Of a DNA stretch of 64,000 nucleotides, positions 1 to 10,411 are shown in pieces. The stretch lies in assembly GCA_035450225.1 (NCBI GenBank), contig DAOTMJ010000027.1:2631-66630 (forward strand), read 5' to 3'. How positions within the stretch are numbered: the stretch's first letter is position 1; every line of letters starts with the position of its first letter. The translations under genes were made by a program, and so were the position numbers. The stretch comes from Candidatus Hydrogenedentota bacterium. Lineage in GTDB: Bacteria > Hydrogenedentota > Hydrogenedentia > Hydrogenedentales > SLHB01. The notes below the pieces were generated by a model. The model searched no databases. It was given only the letters and a program-made list of their open reading frames with translations, and had not been told where the DNA came from.

Positions 1-37
1 GTCAATCATGGAGTGCCGGCATGGCAGATACAAGGGC

Positions 38-118
38 GAATGCGTGGGACAGGCTGTCCAGCCTGTCTGTCCACGGACATGGCGTGGCTTCAAAAAAGAC
101 AGACTGGACAGTCTGTCC
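38..118. repeat. Two REP-like hairpins, family A (GGACAGGCTG-TC-CAGCCTGTC; GACAGACTG-GA-CAGTCTGTC)
   Basis: Perfect 9-10-bp stems at 47-67 and 98-118, each preceded by an A-rich run / GCGTGG. Confidence 0.65.
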
Positions 119-282
119 TACGCTCCGCGCCCAAAGGACTTCCTTTACGTGTTCGGAACAGGTGATCCATGCATGAACTCGGCCCTCTCAAGTAATGGCA
201 AAAAAAGTTGTATTATAGAAATGGCCTGTATATTCTTGACGCGGTCCATGGCGCAAAAACACACATTTCAAGGTGCGGTGAA

Positions 283-1254
283 ATGAAGAAACAAATCCTG
301 CTGGGTCTCGGCGCCGCGTTCCTCACCATTGTTGCCCTTCTTTGCGCCGCATTTGTATGGACGTTTCGCGTGCACCGCGTCGTTTTTCCAAAGGAGTCTA
401 TTTCCGACGCCCAGTGGCAAGAGTATCTTGCCGCGCCGCAAAAAACGGAAACGACCTTGAAAGTGCTGACGTGGAATATTCAGATGCTGCCCGTCATGCT
501 GTCTCCCTTCAGCGAAGACCTGCAGAAACTGCAAGCCATCCGCGCGCCATGTATTGCCGACTCGCTCATCCAGGAAGATTACGATGTCATCTGTTTTCAG
601 GAAGCCTTCGACCAGGAATCGCTGGAAAAACTGAAGGAAAAACTGAAGGACGCCTACCCTTTCATGGTATATCCCCGTTATGCTTCCCGCTGGCGTGCGC
701 TGAGCAACGGCGTTTGGTTCATAAGCCGCGTGCCGATACGATACGTGGATCACGTGACCTATCCCCAATTGCACGGCGTGAACTGGTGGACCTCGAAGGG
801 ATGCTGCCTGATTGAAGGCGTGAAGGACGGTCTGCGGTTCCAGATGGCCGGCACCCATTTCCCCACGGGCAAACAAAGCGACAAGGACGCGGCCGTCGAG
901 GCAATCCGCGAACGATTGCTGCCCCTTCGCCAGAATCGCGTGCCCTTCATAGCGCTCGGCGATTTCAACACAGACAAGGGCACGCCGGCCTACGACGCGC
1001 TGTTGAAAATCCTCGAATTGCAGGACGCGCCGATAAACGATCCCCGGCCCTATTCGTCCGATCCGGAAAATTCATGGAAAAGAGGGAAAAAAGGCCGGCC
1101 CTCGCTTATCGATCACGTCCTGCTCAACCCGAACGGGAGCGGAACCGCATTCGACACACAGACCATTTTCCGTTCCACTTCCTATTATGGCAAAAAACTG
1201 ATAGACCTCTCCGATTATTACGGCGTCTCGGCGGATATCATCCTGCGGCCCTGA
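283..1254 (+). CDS. Endonuclease/exonuclease/phosphatase (EEP) family protein, sphingomyelinase/phosphodiesterase-like, N-terminal membrane anchor
   Basis: ORF 208..1254. The likely start is ATG 283 (MKKQILLGLGAAFLTIVALLCAAFVW is a TM/signal segment). EEP-like blocks seen: LTWNIQ, DVICFQEA, GDFN, IDHVLL. Confidence 0.7.
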   Translation: MKKQILLGLGAAFLTIVALLCAAFVWTFRVHRVVFPKESISDAQWQEYLAAPQKTETTLKVLTWNIQMLPVMLSPFSEDLQKLQAIRAPCIADSLIQEDYDVICFQEAFDQESLEKLKEKLKDAYPFMVYPRYASRWRALSNGVWFISRVPIRYVDHVTYPQLHGVNWWTSKGCCLIEGVKDGLRFQMAGTHFPTGKQSDKDAAVEAIRERLLPLRQNRVPFIALGDFNTDKGTPAYDALLKILELQDAPINDPRPYSSDPENSWKRGKKGRPSLIDHVLLNPNGSGTAFDTQTIFRSTSYYGKKLIDLSDYYGVSADIILRP

Positions 1255-1332
1255 CAAGAAATATCAATAAGGCCTCCCTGTTCACTTCGACGCCATTCCA
1301 TCCCCCTGTCCGTCGCTCTTCCCTTTTTTCTT

Positions 1333-1773
1333 TCACAGGTTTTTGACCTGTAAATTGGGGATTTTAGCCTCCAAGTAGGAGGCCACCAAACGGCGGTGGC
1401 ATTTTTCAGGCGTTGGCTCGCTGCAAAGAAGACATCCATAATCGAGAAGATCGGCCGTCAACAGCGTTTCTATTTTCCGCTCCTCAATCAGAGGCAGAAA
1501 ACACGCCTCATACTCTTCCCAGTCTCCATGCTTCTTCTTGTATTTATCCAGGATCTCCTTGGTCGGCGCGCATTCCGGCACGTGAAGATAATCGGCATTG
1601 CATATTTCCCGCAGAAAGAATTTCAAGTCGTCGCGCTTGGCAAATCCGGCCAATTGCGACACGTTGTTCAATCGGATGTCAAGAACACGCCGAACCCGCG
1701 ATTCACGCAAAACCGTGAAGAAGCGTTCCGCGCCCTTCTTCGTAAAACCGATGGTAAAAAGATGTATGGCCAT
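1333..1773 (-). CDS. DUF488 family protein
   Basis: 146-aa ORF beginning MAIHLFTIGFTKKGAERFF...VLDIRL, the characteristic DUF488 N-terminus. Coding-like composition. Confidence 0.6.
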   Translation of the reverse strand: MAIHLFTIGFTKKGAERFFTVLRESRVRRVLDIRLNNVSQLAGFAKRDDLKFFLREICNADYLHVPECAPTKEILDKYKKKHGDWEEYEACFLPLIEERKIETLLTADLLDYGCLLCSEPTPEKCHRRLVASYLEAKIPNLQVKNL

Positions 1774-1992
1774 TCCGTTTCCTCACGGCGCAACGAATTC
1801 GTTTTCCGTTTGATATTCCTCGTCATGGTGAAAGGCGATGCGCTCGCCCTGCCGGTCGTAGGCTTCCTCTCTCGTTGAAAAAATCCCGAAAAATTTGTTC
1901 GTTTGACAGGGCGACAAGGCCTCTCTATAATCATTGTTCCGGAGGGCGTGGTGCATCCGGGCGAACATCCCAAGGGACAGGTGTTTTCATGA

Positions 1993-3471
<1,479 letters not shown>

Positions 3472-3474
3472 GCC

Positions 3475-5022
3475 ATGCAGGGAATGGGCCGGCCCGTCGT
3501 CGTGCTGGACTTTGGCGCGCAATACAGCAAACTCATCGCCCGCCGCGTCCGCGAAGCCAACGTGTACAGTTTGATTGTCCCCTACAACGCGCCCTTGGAC
3601 GACCTTCGCGCCCTGAATCCCGCCGGCATCATTTTCAGCGGCGGACCGGCCAGCGTCCATGCGCCGGGCGCGCCCATGCCGGATCCGGGCGTATTCGACA
3701 TGGGCATTCCCATTCTCGGAATTTGCTACGGCGTGCAACTGTTCGCGCACATGCTCGGTGGAAAGGTGGAGCGATCGGACCGCCGCGAATACGGCATCGC
3801 CCATCTGGAAAATAGCGACACATCGGGTTTTCTCGATGGAATAGATCCTCGCACGCAGGTCTGGATGAGCCACGGCGATGCCATTTCGATCATGCCGCCG
3901 GGATTTGAGGTCATCGGACGAACCGAAAACTGTCCCTACGCGGCCATCGTCAAGCCGGACGCGCGGTTCTACGGCGTGCAGTTTCATCCCGAAGTCGTCC
4001 ATACGCCCCAAGGACCGCGCATCCTGTCCAATTTCGTGCATAAAATCTGCGGATGCGCCTCCGACTGGACCATGGGATCCTTTGTGGAACACGCCATAGC
4101 CGATATCCGCGCGCGCGTGGGAAGCAAGCGTGTGTTGTGCGGTCTGAGCGGCGGTGTGGATTCGAGCGTCGCCGCCATGCTGATACACCGTGCCATCGGC
4201 GACCGGCTCACCTGTGTATTCGTGAACAACGGGCTGCTGCGCAAGGGCGAACCGGAGATGGTCCAAGAAGTGTTTCGCGGACATTTCCACATTGACTTAC
4301 GCTACGTGGACGCCGAGGCCCGATTTCTTTCCGAGTTGGCGGGGGTCGGCGAACCCGAAGCCAAACGAAAAATAATCGGACGCGTATTTGTCGAGGTGTT
4401 CGAGGAAGAAGCGGCTAAATTGGGGCACAACGATTTTCTGGCGCAAGGCACCCTGTACCCGGACGTGATAGAAAGCATGTCCGCGACCGGTGGACCTTCG
4501 GCCGTTATCAAAAGCCACCACAATGTGGGCGGTCTGCCGGACATCATGCAATTGGAACTGCTCGAACCCCTTCGGGAATTGTTCAAGGACGAGGTGCGCG
4601 CCGTGGGCAAGGAACTCGGCCTGCCGGACGACATCGTATGGCGCCACCCGTTTCCGGGACCAGGGCTTGGCGTGCGATGCATCGGAAACGTGACAAAGGA
4701 AAGACTGGACACGCTGCGCGCCGCGGACGCCATTTTTATTGAAGAAATCAAAAAGGCCGGATTGTATCGCGAAATATGGCAGGCGCTCGTTTGTCTATTG
4801 CCGGTCAAAAGCGTCGGCGTTCAAGGGGATGAACGCACCTACGAGGAAGTCTGCTCGCTGCGCGCCGTAACCAGCGAGGATGCCATGACCGCCGACTGGT
4901 ATCGTTTTCCGCCGGAGGTCTTGCAGCGCACCGCCAACCGAATTTGCAACGAAGTCAAGCACATCAACCGCGTGCTATACGACATAACATCAAAACCACC
5001 CGGAACCATTGAGTGGGAGTGA
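3475..5022 (+). CDS. guaA: GMP synthase (glutamine-hydrolysing)
   Basis: 515 aa. GATase class-I N-terminus (ICYGVQL, HPEV), ATP-PPase SGGVDSS, and C-terminal dimerisation domain ending TIEWE. Start is 4 nt after the guaB stop, with a GAGG RBS. Confidence 0.95.
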   Translation: MQGMGRPVVVLDFGAQYSKLIARRVREANVYSLIVPYNAPLDDLRALNPAGIIFSGGPASVHAPGAPMPDPGVFDMGIPILGICYGVQLFAHMLGGKVERSDRREYGIAHLENSDTSGFLDGIDPRTQVWMSHGDAISIMPPGFEVIGRTENCPYAAIVKPDARFYGVQFHPEVVHTPQGPRILSNFVHKICGCASDWTMGSFVEHAIADIRARVGSKRVLCGLSGGVDSSVAAMLIHRAIGDRLTCVFVNNGLLRKGEPEMVQEVFRGHFHIDLRYVDAEARFLSELAGVGEPEAKRKIIGRVFVEVFEEEAAKLGHNDFLAQGTLYPDVIESMSATGGPSAVIKSHHNVGGLPDIMQLELLEPLRELFKDEVRAVGKELGLPDDIVWRHPFPGPGLGVRCIGNVTKERLDTLRAADAIFIEEIKKAGLYREIWQALVCLLPVKSVGVQGDERTYEEVCSLRAVTSEDAMTADWYRFPPEVLQRTANRICNEVKHINRVLYDITSKPPGTIEWE

Positions 5023-5026
5023 AACT

Positions 5027-5599
5027 TTACGCAAGTTCCTTTTCATTCTTCACGATTTTTGAAACCAACCCGTATTCAAGCGCCTCTTCCGCACTCATCC
5101 AAAAGTCGCGGTCGCTGTCTGCGCTGACTTTTTCCAGCGGCTGTCCCGTTTCCCTGGAAATCAGGAGATTGAGCCTTTCGCGGGTTTTGATAATTTGCTG
5201 CGCGGTGATACGAATATCCTTTGCTTGACCGCCGGCTCCGCCGCTTGGCTGATGCATCATATACCGTGTATTGGGCAAGGAAAATCTTCTATCATGAGGA
5301 ACGGAAAGCAAAATGGGAATTCCCATGCTCGCCACGTATCCCGCACCGATAATTGTCAACGGAGCCGTGATGAACTTGAACACATCGTGTATGGCGAATC
5401 CAACATCCACCATGCCGCCGGGCGTGGTAAGAATTATGCGGATGGGATCCTGCGATTCGGAATTGAGCAGGACGGCCTGTGCAATGACCCGTTCGGCGAG
5501 TTCCTCCTCGATGGGTCCCCCTATGAGAATCGTGCGCACTTTCAAAAGACGATCGAGAATACTCGCATTGGGATTCGGTGAAGATTCAGAACAAGACAT
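5027..5599 (-). CDS. clpP: ATP-dependent Clp protease proteolytic subunit
   Basis: ClpP triad context seen: GYVASMG (Ser) and MMHQPSGG (His). N-terminal block ILDRLLKVRTILIGGPIEE. The ORF extends to a TTG at 5650, but ATG 5599 has an AAAGGAAA RBS. Confidence 0.85.
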   Translation of the reverse strand: MSCSESSPNPNASILDRLLKVRTILIGGPIEEELAERVIAQAVLLNSESQDPIRIILTTPGGMVDVGFAIHDVFKFITAPLTIIGAGYVASMGIPILLSVPHDRRFSLPNTRYMMHQPSGGAGGQAKDIRITAQQIIKTRERLNLLISRETGQPLEKVSADSDRDFWMSAEEALEYGLVSKIVKNEKELA

Positions 5600-5668
5600 G
5601 AAACAGTTTCCTTTATCGAAGCATAAACGGTAGGAAAAAATCGCCGGCAAGAAGGACGATTTAATACA

Positions 5669-6775
5669 CTACAGCCGTATCGGCATCACGACATTGGTAT
5701 AGGTCTCGCTGGCTGCATCGGTACAAGGCTTTATAATGCCCGGACTGGTCGTATCCTTCAGAATCAATGATACCATTTCCGTGTCAATATTGCGGAGTAT
5801 ATCGAGTATAAAATCAGGATTGAATGCGATTTCGACCTGATCGCCATCGTATTCAACGCTTAGTTCTTCCTCGTATTCGCCCACTTCCGGCGTTACAACC
5901 TTCAACTGCAAAAGGCCGCTGCTCAATATAAACCGGACATTGTTGAACTTTTCGTTCGTCATCGTCCGCGTACGCCGCACTGCTTCCGTAAAAGCCAACG
6001 TATTGATTACCACTTCCTTGTCATGCTTCTTTGGAATGACCACCTCGTAATTTGGAAAGTTTCCCTCAATAATGGCTGTCACGAGCCTTGTATTATTGAA
6101 CGAGAAAGCCGTTTGCGCTTCGTCAAGATAAACGGAGACTTCGCCTTCCGTGCCGAGCAACCGTTCAAGTTCGCCTATCATTTTGCCGGGTATAATGACT
6201 TTAATATTGGCCCCCTCCGGAATGCCTTCACTCTCGGAACAAACACTCATGCGGCGGCCATCCGTCGCCACAACCGTCAATCGTCCTTCTTGGATTTCAA
6301 ACAGCAATCCCGTAAGATTGTACCTTGCCTGGTCGGTGCAAATAGCAAAAGACGTTTTCAAAAACATCTTCTTGAGCATTTCCTGCGAAAACACGAGTGG
6401 TTCTATATTGTCGAATGCACGAATGGGGGGAAATTCCTCCGGAGGCATGCTAAAGAGACGGGTCCTAATCCGTCCGCAACTCAGATGGATTATATTGTTG
6501 TCCCCGAGTTCCATCGTGACATCCGCATCGGGCAATTCCGAAAGAATCATTGCCAATCGCTGTGACGAAACTGTAAACGATCCCGGTTCCTCGACCGTAC
6601 AATCCACCATGCACTCAATGCTGACCTTCAGATCGGTGGCCGAAAGACGAACGGCGCTCTCACACGTTTCCAAGAGGAGATGCGAAAGAATCGGCAGAGC
6701 CGTTTTGGAGGACACGACGGTTTTGGCCCGATTGACGTTGTCCAGCAAGTCTTGTCGTGGAATTCGGATTTTCAT
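5669..6775 (-). CDS. dnaN: DNA polymerase III subunit beta (sliding clamp)
   Basis: Begins MKIRIPRQDLLDNVNRAKTVVSSKTALPILSHLLLE, a typical beta-clamp N-terminus, and is about 368 aa. ATG 6775 is preceded by GGAGAG. Confidence 0.9.
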   Translation of the reverse strand: MKIRIPRQDLLDNVNRAKTVVSSKTALPILSHLLLETCESAVRLSATDLKVSIECMVDCTVEEPGSFTVSSQRLAMILSELPDADVTMELGDNNIIHLSCGRIRTRLFSMPPEEFPPIRAFDNIEPLVFSQEMLKKMFLKTSFAICTDQARYNLTGLLFEIQEGRLTVVATDGRRMSVCSESEGIPEGANIKVIIPGKMIGELERLLGTEGEVSVYLDEAQTAFSFNNTRLVTAIIEGNFPNYEVVIPKKHDKEVVINTLAFTEAVRRTRTMTNEKFNNVRFILSSGLLQLKVVTPEVGEYEEELSVEYDGDQVEIAFNPDFILDILRNIDTEMVSLILKDTTSPGIIKPCTDAASETYTNVVMPIRL

Positions 6776-7037
6776 TTGAGACTCTCCATGCATGCGCTAG
6801 GAATTGTTGTCCGTATTATTATCTAGGGTTATATAAAAATCAAGTCTTAGTAATAGTCGTGTTTGTTGAATCGGTTGATATCCGGGCAAGTCGTTGCGTG
6901 AAAGCAATTTGGCTTGTTTCTATGTTGACAGTTTTTTCTGACAAATCATCCACGCTGTCCACACCTTTGGATTTCTAAAGAACTTTGAATGGCCTTTCAC
7001 GGTCTGATGACCGCCAAGAATGTCAATTTTTTTCCAT

Positions 7038-7046
7038 TTATGCACA
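7038..7046 (+). promoter_or_regulatory. DnaA box (TTATGCACA)
   Basis: Matches the TTATNCACA consensus. Confidence 0.5.
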
Positions 7047-7162
7047 CCTTATACGTAGTTGACGCGCTTTGAAAGTGGAAACCAAGTTTCACGGTTTTAG
7101 AACAGGTTATTCACCTTTGCTTCCTCAAGCATTGGAAGGGATTGGGAACTTCTTCAAACAGT

Positions 7163-7171
7163 TTATCCACA
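7163..7171 (+). promoter_or_regulatory. DnaA box (TTATCCACA, perfect)
   Basis: Exact consensus 9-mer. Confidence 0.55.
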
Positions 7172-7374
7172 GGTCGTGAAACATTTTTGTTTGAGAATTC
7201 AATAAAGTCACCTTTCGATAATGATTCGTATAAATCGTTTATAAACAATGTTTTAGAAAAATATCGACAACGGGCTTTATCGCCGTCTAATTGTCCATAA
7301 GTCTTTATATACAAATGAGTTATGGTAAAAAATAAAACATCTTTCATTTCAAGGTAAATGCTTGCGGTTTATAG

Positions 7375-7383
7375 TTATCCACA
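7375..7383 (+). promoter_or_regulatory. DnaA box (TTATCCACA, perfect)
   Basis: Exact consensus 9-mer, 150 bp upstream of the sialidase gene. Confidence 0.55.
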
Positions 7384-7532
7384 TCTTATCAACATATAAT
7401 TTTAGTACGAATATTGATAAATTGAAAATCAAATTCTAATAATTTGCCCGTTCCTCCTGTTTTTCGTTATGGTTGATAAAGCGAGGCAAAGAAGAATTTC
7501 AGTTGCATATTACATATAGGAAATGAACATTT

Positions 7533-8693
7533 ATGATTGTGCTTTATAAAGAACCACTTCGTAAATTCTTTATTATGTTGCCGGTGGCGATAATAGCGTT
7601 CATCGCTTTCGTCAATTCTTCGTTTGGAGAGAATGAAGGGATGAAACGTATTGTACTTTTCGAGTCAGGTAAAGGAGGTTATGACACTTACCGGATTCCG
7701 GCCATTGTCAAAACGACAAAGGGAACATTGCTTGCCTTTTGTGAAGGTCGAAAGAATAGTTCGTCGGATACCGGCAATATTGATCTGTTATTGCAACGAA
7801 GCCTTGACAATGGTTTCACGTGGGATGAAACGAAAGTCATTGTTGATGACGGTAACGACACCTGTGGAAATCCCTGTCCCATCGTGGATCAAAAGACCGG
7901 AACCCTTGTGCTTTTATTGACGAAGAACAAAGGCCATGAGAACGAATTCCAGATTATAAATGGCACGGCATCGCCACGCACCGTGTGGCTGACCCGAAGC
8001 ACGGACGACGGCGTTACATGGTCTACGCCATCGAACATCAGTTCGGAGGTTTGCAAACCGGATTTTCGCTGGTATGCGACGGGTCCATGTCACGGGATTC
8101 AACTTGCCGGGGGACGTATGGTTGCCCCGTGCGATCACTCGACGGGTCCGGCATTCGACGACATGCATTCGCATGTCATATTCAGCGATGACGGCGGGAT
8201 GTCTTGGCAAATCGGCGGCATCCTTGATTCGCGCACCAACGAGTGCACCGCGGTCCAATTGGCCGATGGTTCTCTTTATTTGAATATGCGCAACTATCGA
8301 AACACGAATCGTCGCGCCGTGTCTGTTAGTTCCGACAACGGCATGACGTGGCAATCTTGTCGCGATGACGAAGCCTTACTCGATCCGGTTTGTCAAGCCA
8401 GCGTATTACGATTCAGCATAGAAAAAGACGATGGAAAGAACCGCGTCCTGTTCTCAAATCCCGCCAGCAAGAAACGCGAGAATATGACAGTCCGACTCAG
8501 TTATGACGAATGCAGGACATGGCCTGTTTCCAAATCATTGTGGAACGGACCTTCCGCCTATTCTGATCTTGTAGTCACGGCGGATGGAAAGATTGGATGT
8601 TTGTTCGAGTGTGGCGTAACGAAACCCTATGAGACAATTACTCTCGCACTGTTTTCACTCGAATGGCTGACCGGCGGCGCGGATAGTCCATGA
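7533..8693 (+). CDS. Exo-alpha-sialidase (GH33, BNR/Asp-box), secreted
   Basis: YRIP motif (the sialidase FRIP variant) and four Asp-boxes: SLDNGFTW, STDDGVTW, SDDGGMSW, SSDNGMTW. N-terminal signal peptide; the start may instead be MLPVAII at 7575. Confidence 0.85.
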   Translation: MIVLYKEPLRKFFIMLPVAIIAFIAFVNSSFGENEGMKRIVLFESGKGGYDTYRIPAIVKTTKGTLLAFCEGRKNSSSDTGNIDLLLQRSLDNGFTWDETKVIVDDGNDTCGNPCPIVDQKTGTLVLLLTKNKGHENEFQIINGTASPRTVWLTRSTDDGVTWSTPSNISSEVCKPDFRWYATGPCHGIQLAGGRMVAPCDHSTGPAFDDMHSHVIFSDDGGMSWQIGGILDSRTNECTAVQLADGSLYLNMRNYRNTNRRAVSVSSDNGMTWQSCRDDEALLDPVCQASVLRFSIEKDDGKNRVLFSNPASKKRENMTVRLSYDECRTWPVSKSLWNGPSAYSDLVVTADGKIGCLFECGVTKPYETITLALFSLEWLTGGADSP

Positions 8694-8701
8694 TAGGCCC
8701 A

Positions 8702-10411
8702 TCAGCGCAGGGATAATTCCGCAAATACTTTTTGCCAGTTTCCTTGAAAGACTTTTCCTAACTGTATTTCACGGAAAAGCCGTGCGATTGTGGATCCGAG
8801 CGGCCCAAAGGATTCAGGAGACTCCGCGCCGACCCACTTTGCGACGAATGGCAGGATCGAATCCAAGTCATCCGTCTCGAGCGAAAGCAGGCCGAACAGG
8901 GGCATGTCGGGTTCAATGGACGACGCGTGCATTTCGAGAATAGCTGTTTTTTGGTTGCTAGCCAAGGCTTGAGCCAATCGGCGGCACGATTCCCGCTCGG
9001 TTGCAGCAATAGCCACATTCCCAAGGCGTCCCAGGAAAAAATAGGGGGGATAATCGGCGAAGCGTGCGCCGGGGACGTTTGGATCTTCAATCCACGGGGC
9101 CGATGACTGTGTCTTTTCAATCATCGCCTTGAGCGAGTCGAATTCCGAAACTTCGGCCAATGCGAACACGCGCGGAGAACCATTCCCGCCGACAATGCCC
9201 AGCGCCGTCTCGCCGTTCAGGAAATGAAAAGATCGAAAGAAGCCGATGGGATCGTGGATGTCTTCGGCATGAAAAGGAATCCATCTTTGTCGAAGCAGAT
9301 CCCGGACGTTTTCCGTCAATTGCAGGCACAAAAAGGCTTGGCATTCTTCAGGCATGAACGCGCCGAGCCGGGCTGGTTTCGCGTTTCCTATAATGGCCGC
9401 GTAGCGGGTATGCGCGGAAAGGTCCAGCCATGCGGCAAACTCGATCCCTTTTTCCGTGACATCCAACGTCGAAATACACGGATCGCTTCCCATGGATGCG
9501 GCGATCGGATTGTGCAGGACATTGTTCAATCCGGATGGTTTTTTTTCGGCCACTGCGATGCGTCTTAAATATTCGGACAATTCGGGCTGAAGATTGTAGA
9601 GGCGATCCAAGCGTGTTGCGCATACCACCGGCCCCGGCGCCTTGGCCGGGCATTCGGGGGCGCCGTACCGTACCGACGCGGGTTTGGATATCCTCTCCAG
9701 CGCTTCCCGAAGCATGGGAACGTGGTTGCCAACAAAGAGAAGTTTTCCCGCGACGCCACAGGCCATGCCGTCCGCGTGGATTCGAATGGTAAAATTTTCA
9801 ACGATTTCTTCGCGGAGAGGTTCTCCGCCGAGCACAATCTCAAGAAGATTTTCCAAGCGGCTCAACGCCAGAGCGGGATCGATGCACCCTATCACGGCCA
9901 CGGCGTTTATGAAATCGGAGTGGAACCAATTATTGGTATGTTTTCGGTTCGCGCCGGCGGGAAGGGCTTGCCACCATGCCGTGCCCGATTCCGCCAGTTC
10001 CGTGACCTTCCGCGCATGCAGGGCCACCGGGGACGGATCGAGAAAAAGTCCGAAAGGCGCGCCGGGATCCAGTCCGTAGGTCTGTAGCATATCCGACAGG
10101 GTTTTCTGTTCGGAAAGGCCGCTGTCGCGAAGCCATTGCATGAGGATGCGGGCGGCTCCATCCGCCGGTTCCGTGCCGGGGTCTGAAAACAAACCAGCCA
10201 GCAGATGTATTTTCTTCATGAGGTCGTTCATGGGCGGAAAGGCCAGAGACAAGGCGGCTGATTCGGGGGCAAGCCGCAGGATATCCTGCGCGGAAGCAGG
10301 CGAAGGTTCGTCTTCACCTTTAGCCGGAAAGACGGCAAGCGCCGTCGAAACGACAAGCGTAACCGCCGCTATCCGCACATAACGTTTTGATCTCATGTAT
10401 TTCGATTCCAT
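8702..10411 (-). CDS. Hypothetical secreted protein (last gene of 6-gene operon)
   Basis: 569-aa ORF with N-terminal signal peptide (RIAAVTLVVSTALAVFPA). Balanced coding composition. Start abuts the stop of the upstream membrane-protein gene. Confidence 0.5.
   Translation of the reverse strand: MESKYMRSKRYVRIAAVTLVVSTALAVFPAKGEDEPSPASAQDILRLAPESAALSLAFPPMNDLMKKIHLLAGLFSDPGTEPADGAARILMQWLRDSGLSEQKTLSDMLQTYGLDPGAPFGLFLDPSPVALHARKVTELAESGTAWWQALPAGANRKHTNNWFHSDFINAVAVIGCIDPALALSRLENLLEIVLGGEPLREEIVENFTIRIHADGMACGVAGKLLFVGNHVPMLREALERISKPASVRYGAPECPAKAPGPVVCATRLDRLYNLQPELSEYLRRIAVAEKKPSGLNNVLHNPIAASMGSDPCISTLDVTEKGIEFAAWLDLSAHTRYAAIIGNAKPARLGAFMPEECQAFLCLQLTENVRDLLRQRWIPFHAEDIHDPIGFFRSFHFLNGETALGIVGGNGSPRVFALAEVSEFDSLKAMIEKTQSSAPWIEDPNVPGARFADYPPYFFLGRLGNVAIAATERESCRRLAQALASNQKTAILEMHASSIEPDMPLFGLLSLETDDLDSILPFVAKWVGAESPESFGPLGSTIARLFREIQLGKVFQGNWQKVFAELSLR

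Larger units (their letters stand above)
6794..7532. other. Candidate chromosomal replication origin (oriC): AT-rich island with DnaA boxes upstream of dnaN
   Basis: A 740-bp non-coding stretch, markedly AT-rich in an otherwise ~62% GC window. It has two perfect TTATCCACA boxes, one TTATGCACA box and a near-match TTATTCACC. Long AT tracts at 7195-7350 and 7385-7445 look like a DNA unwinding element. Confidence 0.55.

Noticed and set aside
1375-1402. GCCACC-N7-GGTGGC hairpin followed by ATTTTT as a terminator for the EEP gene
   Set aside because: It lies inside the C-terminal codons of the convergent DUF488 gene, so a terminator role is uncertain and I have not annotated it.
5600-5650. Longer clpP start at 5650
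   Set aside because: The codon at 5648-5650 is TTG with no RBS. ATG 5599 has an AAAGGAAA RBS and gives a canonical-length ClpP.
7111-7347. 78-aa ORF inside the AT-rich origin-like region
   Set aside because: A low-complexity, AT-driven ORF in a non-coding island with no RBS. It is more likely part of the origin/DUE.
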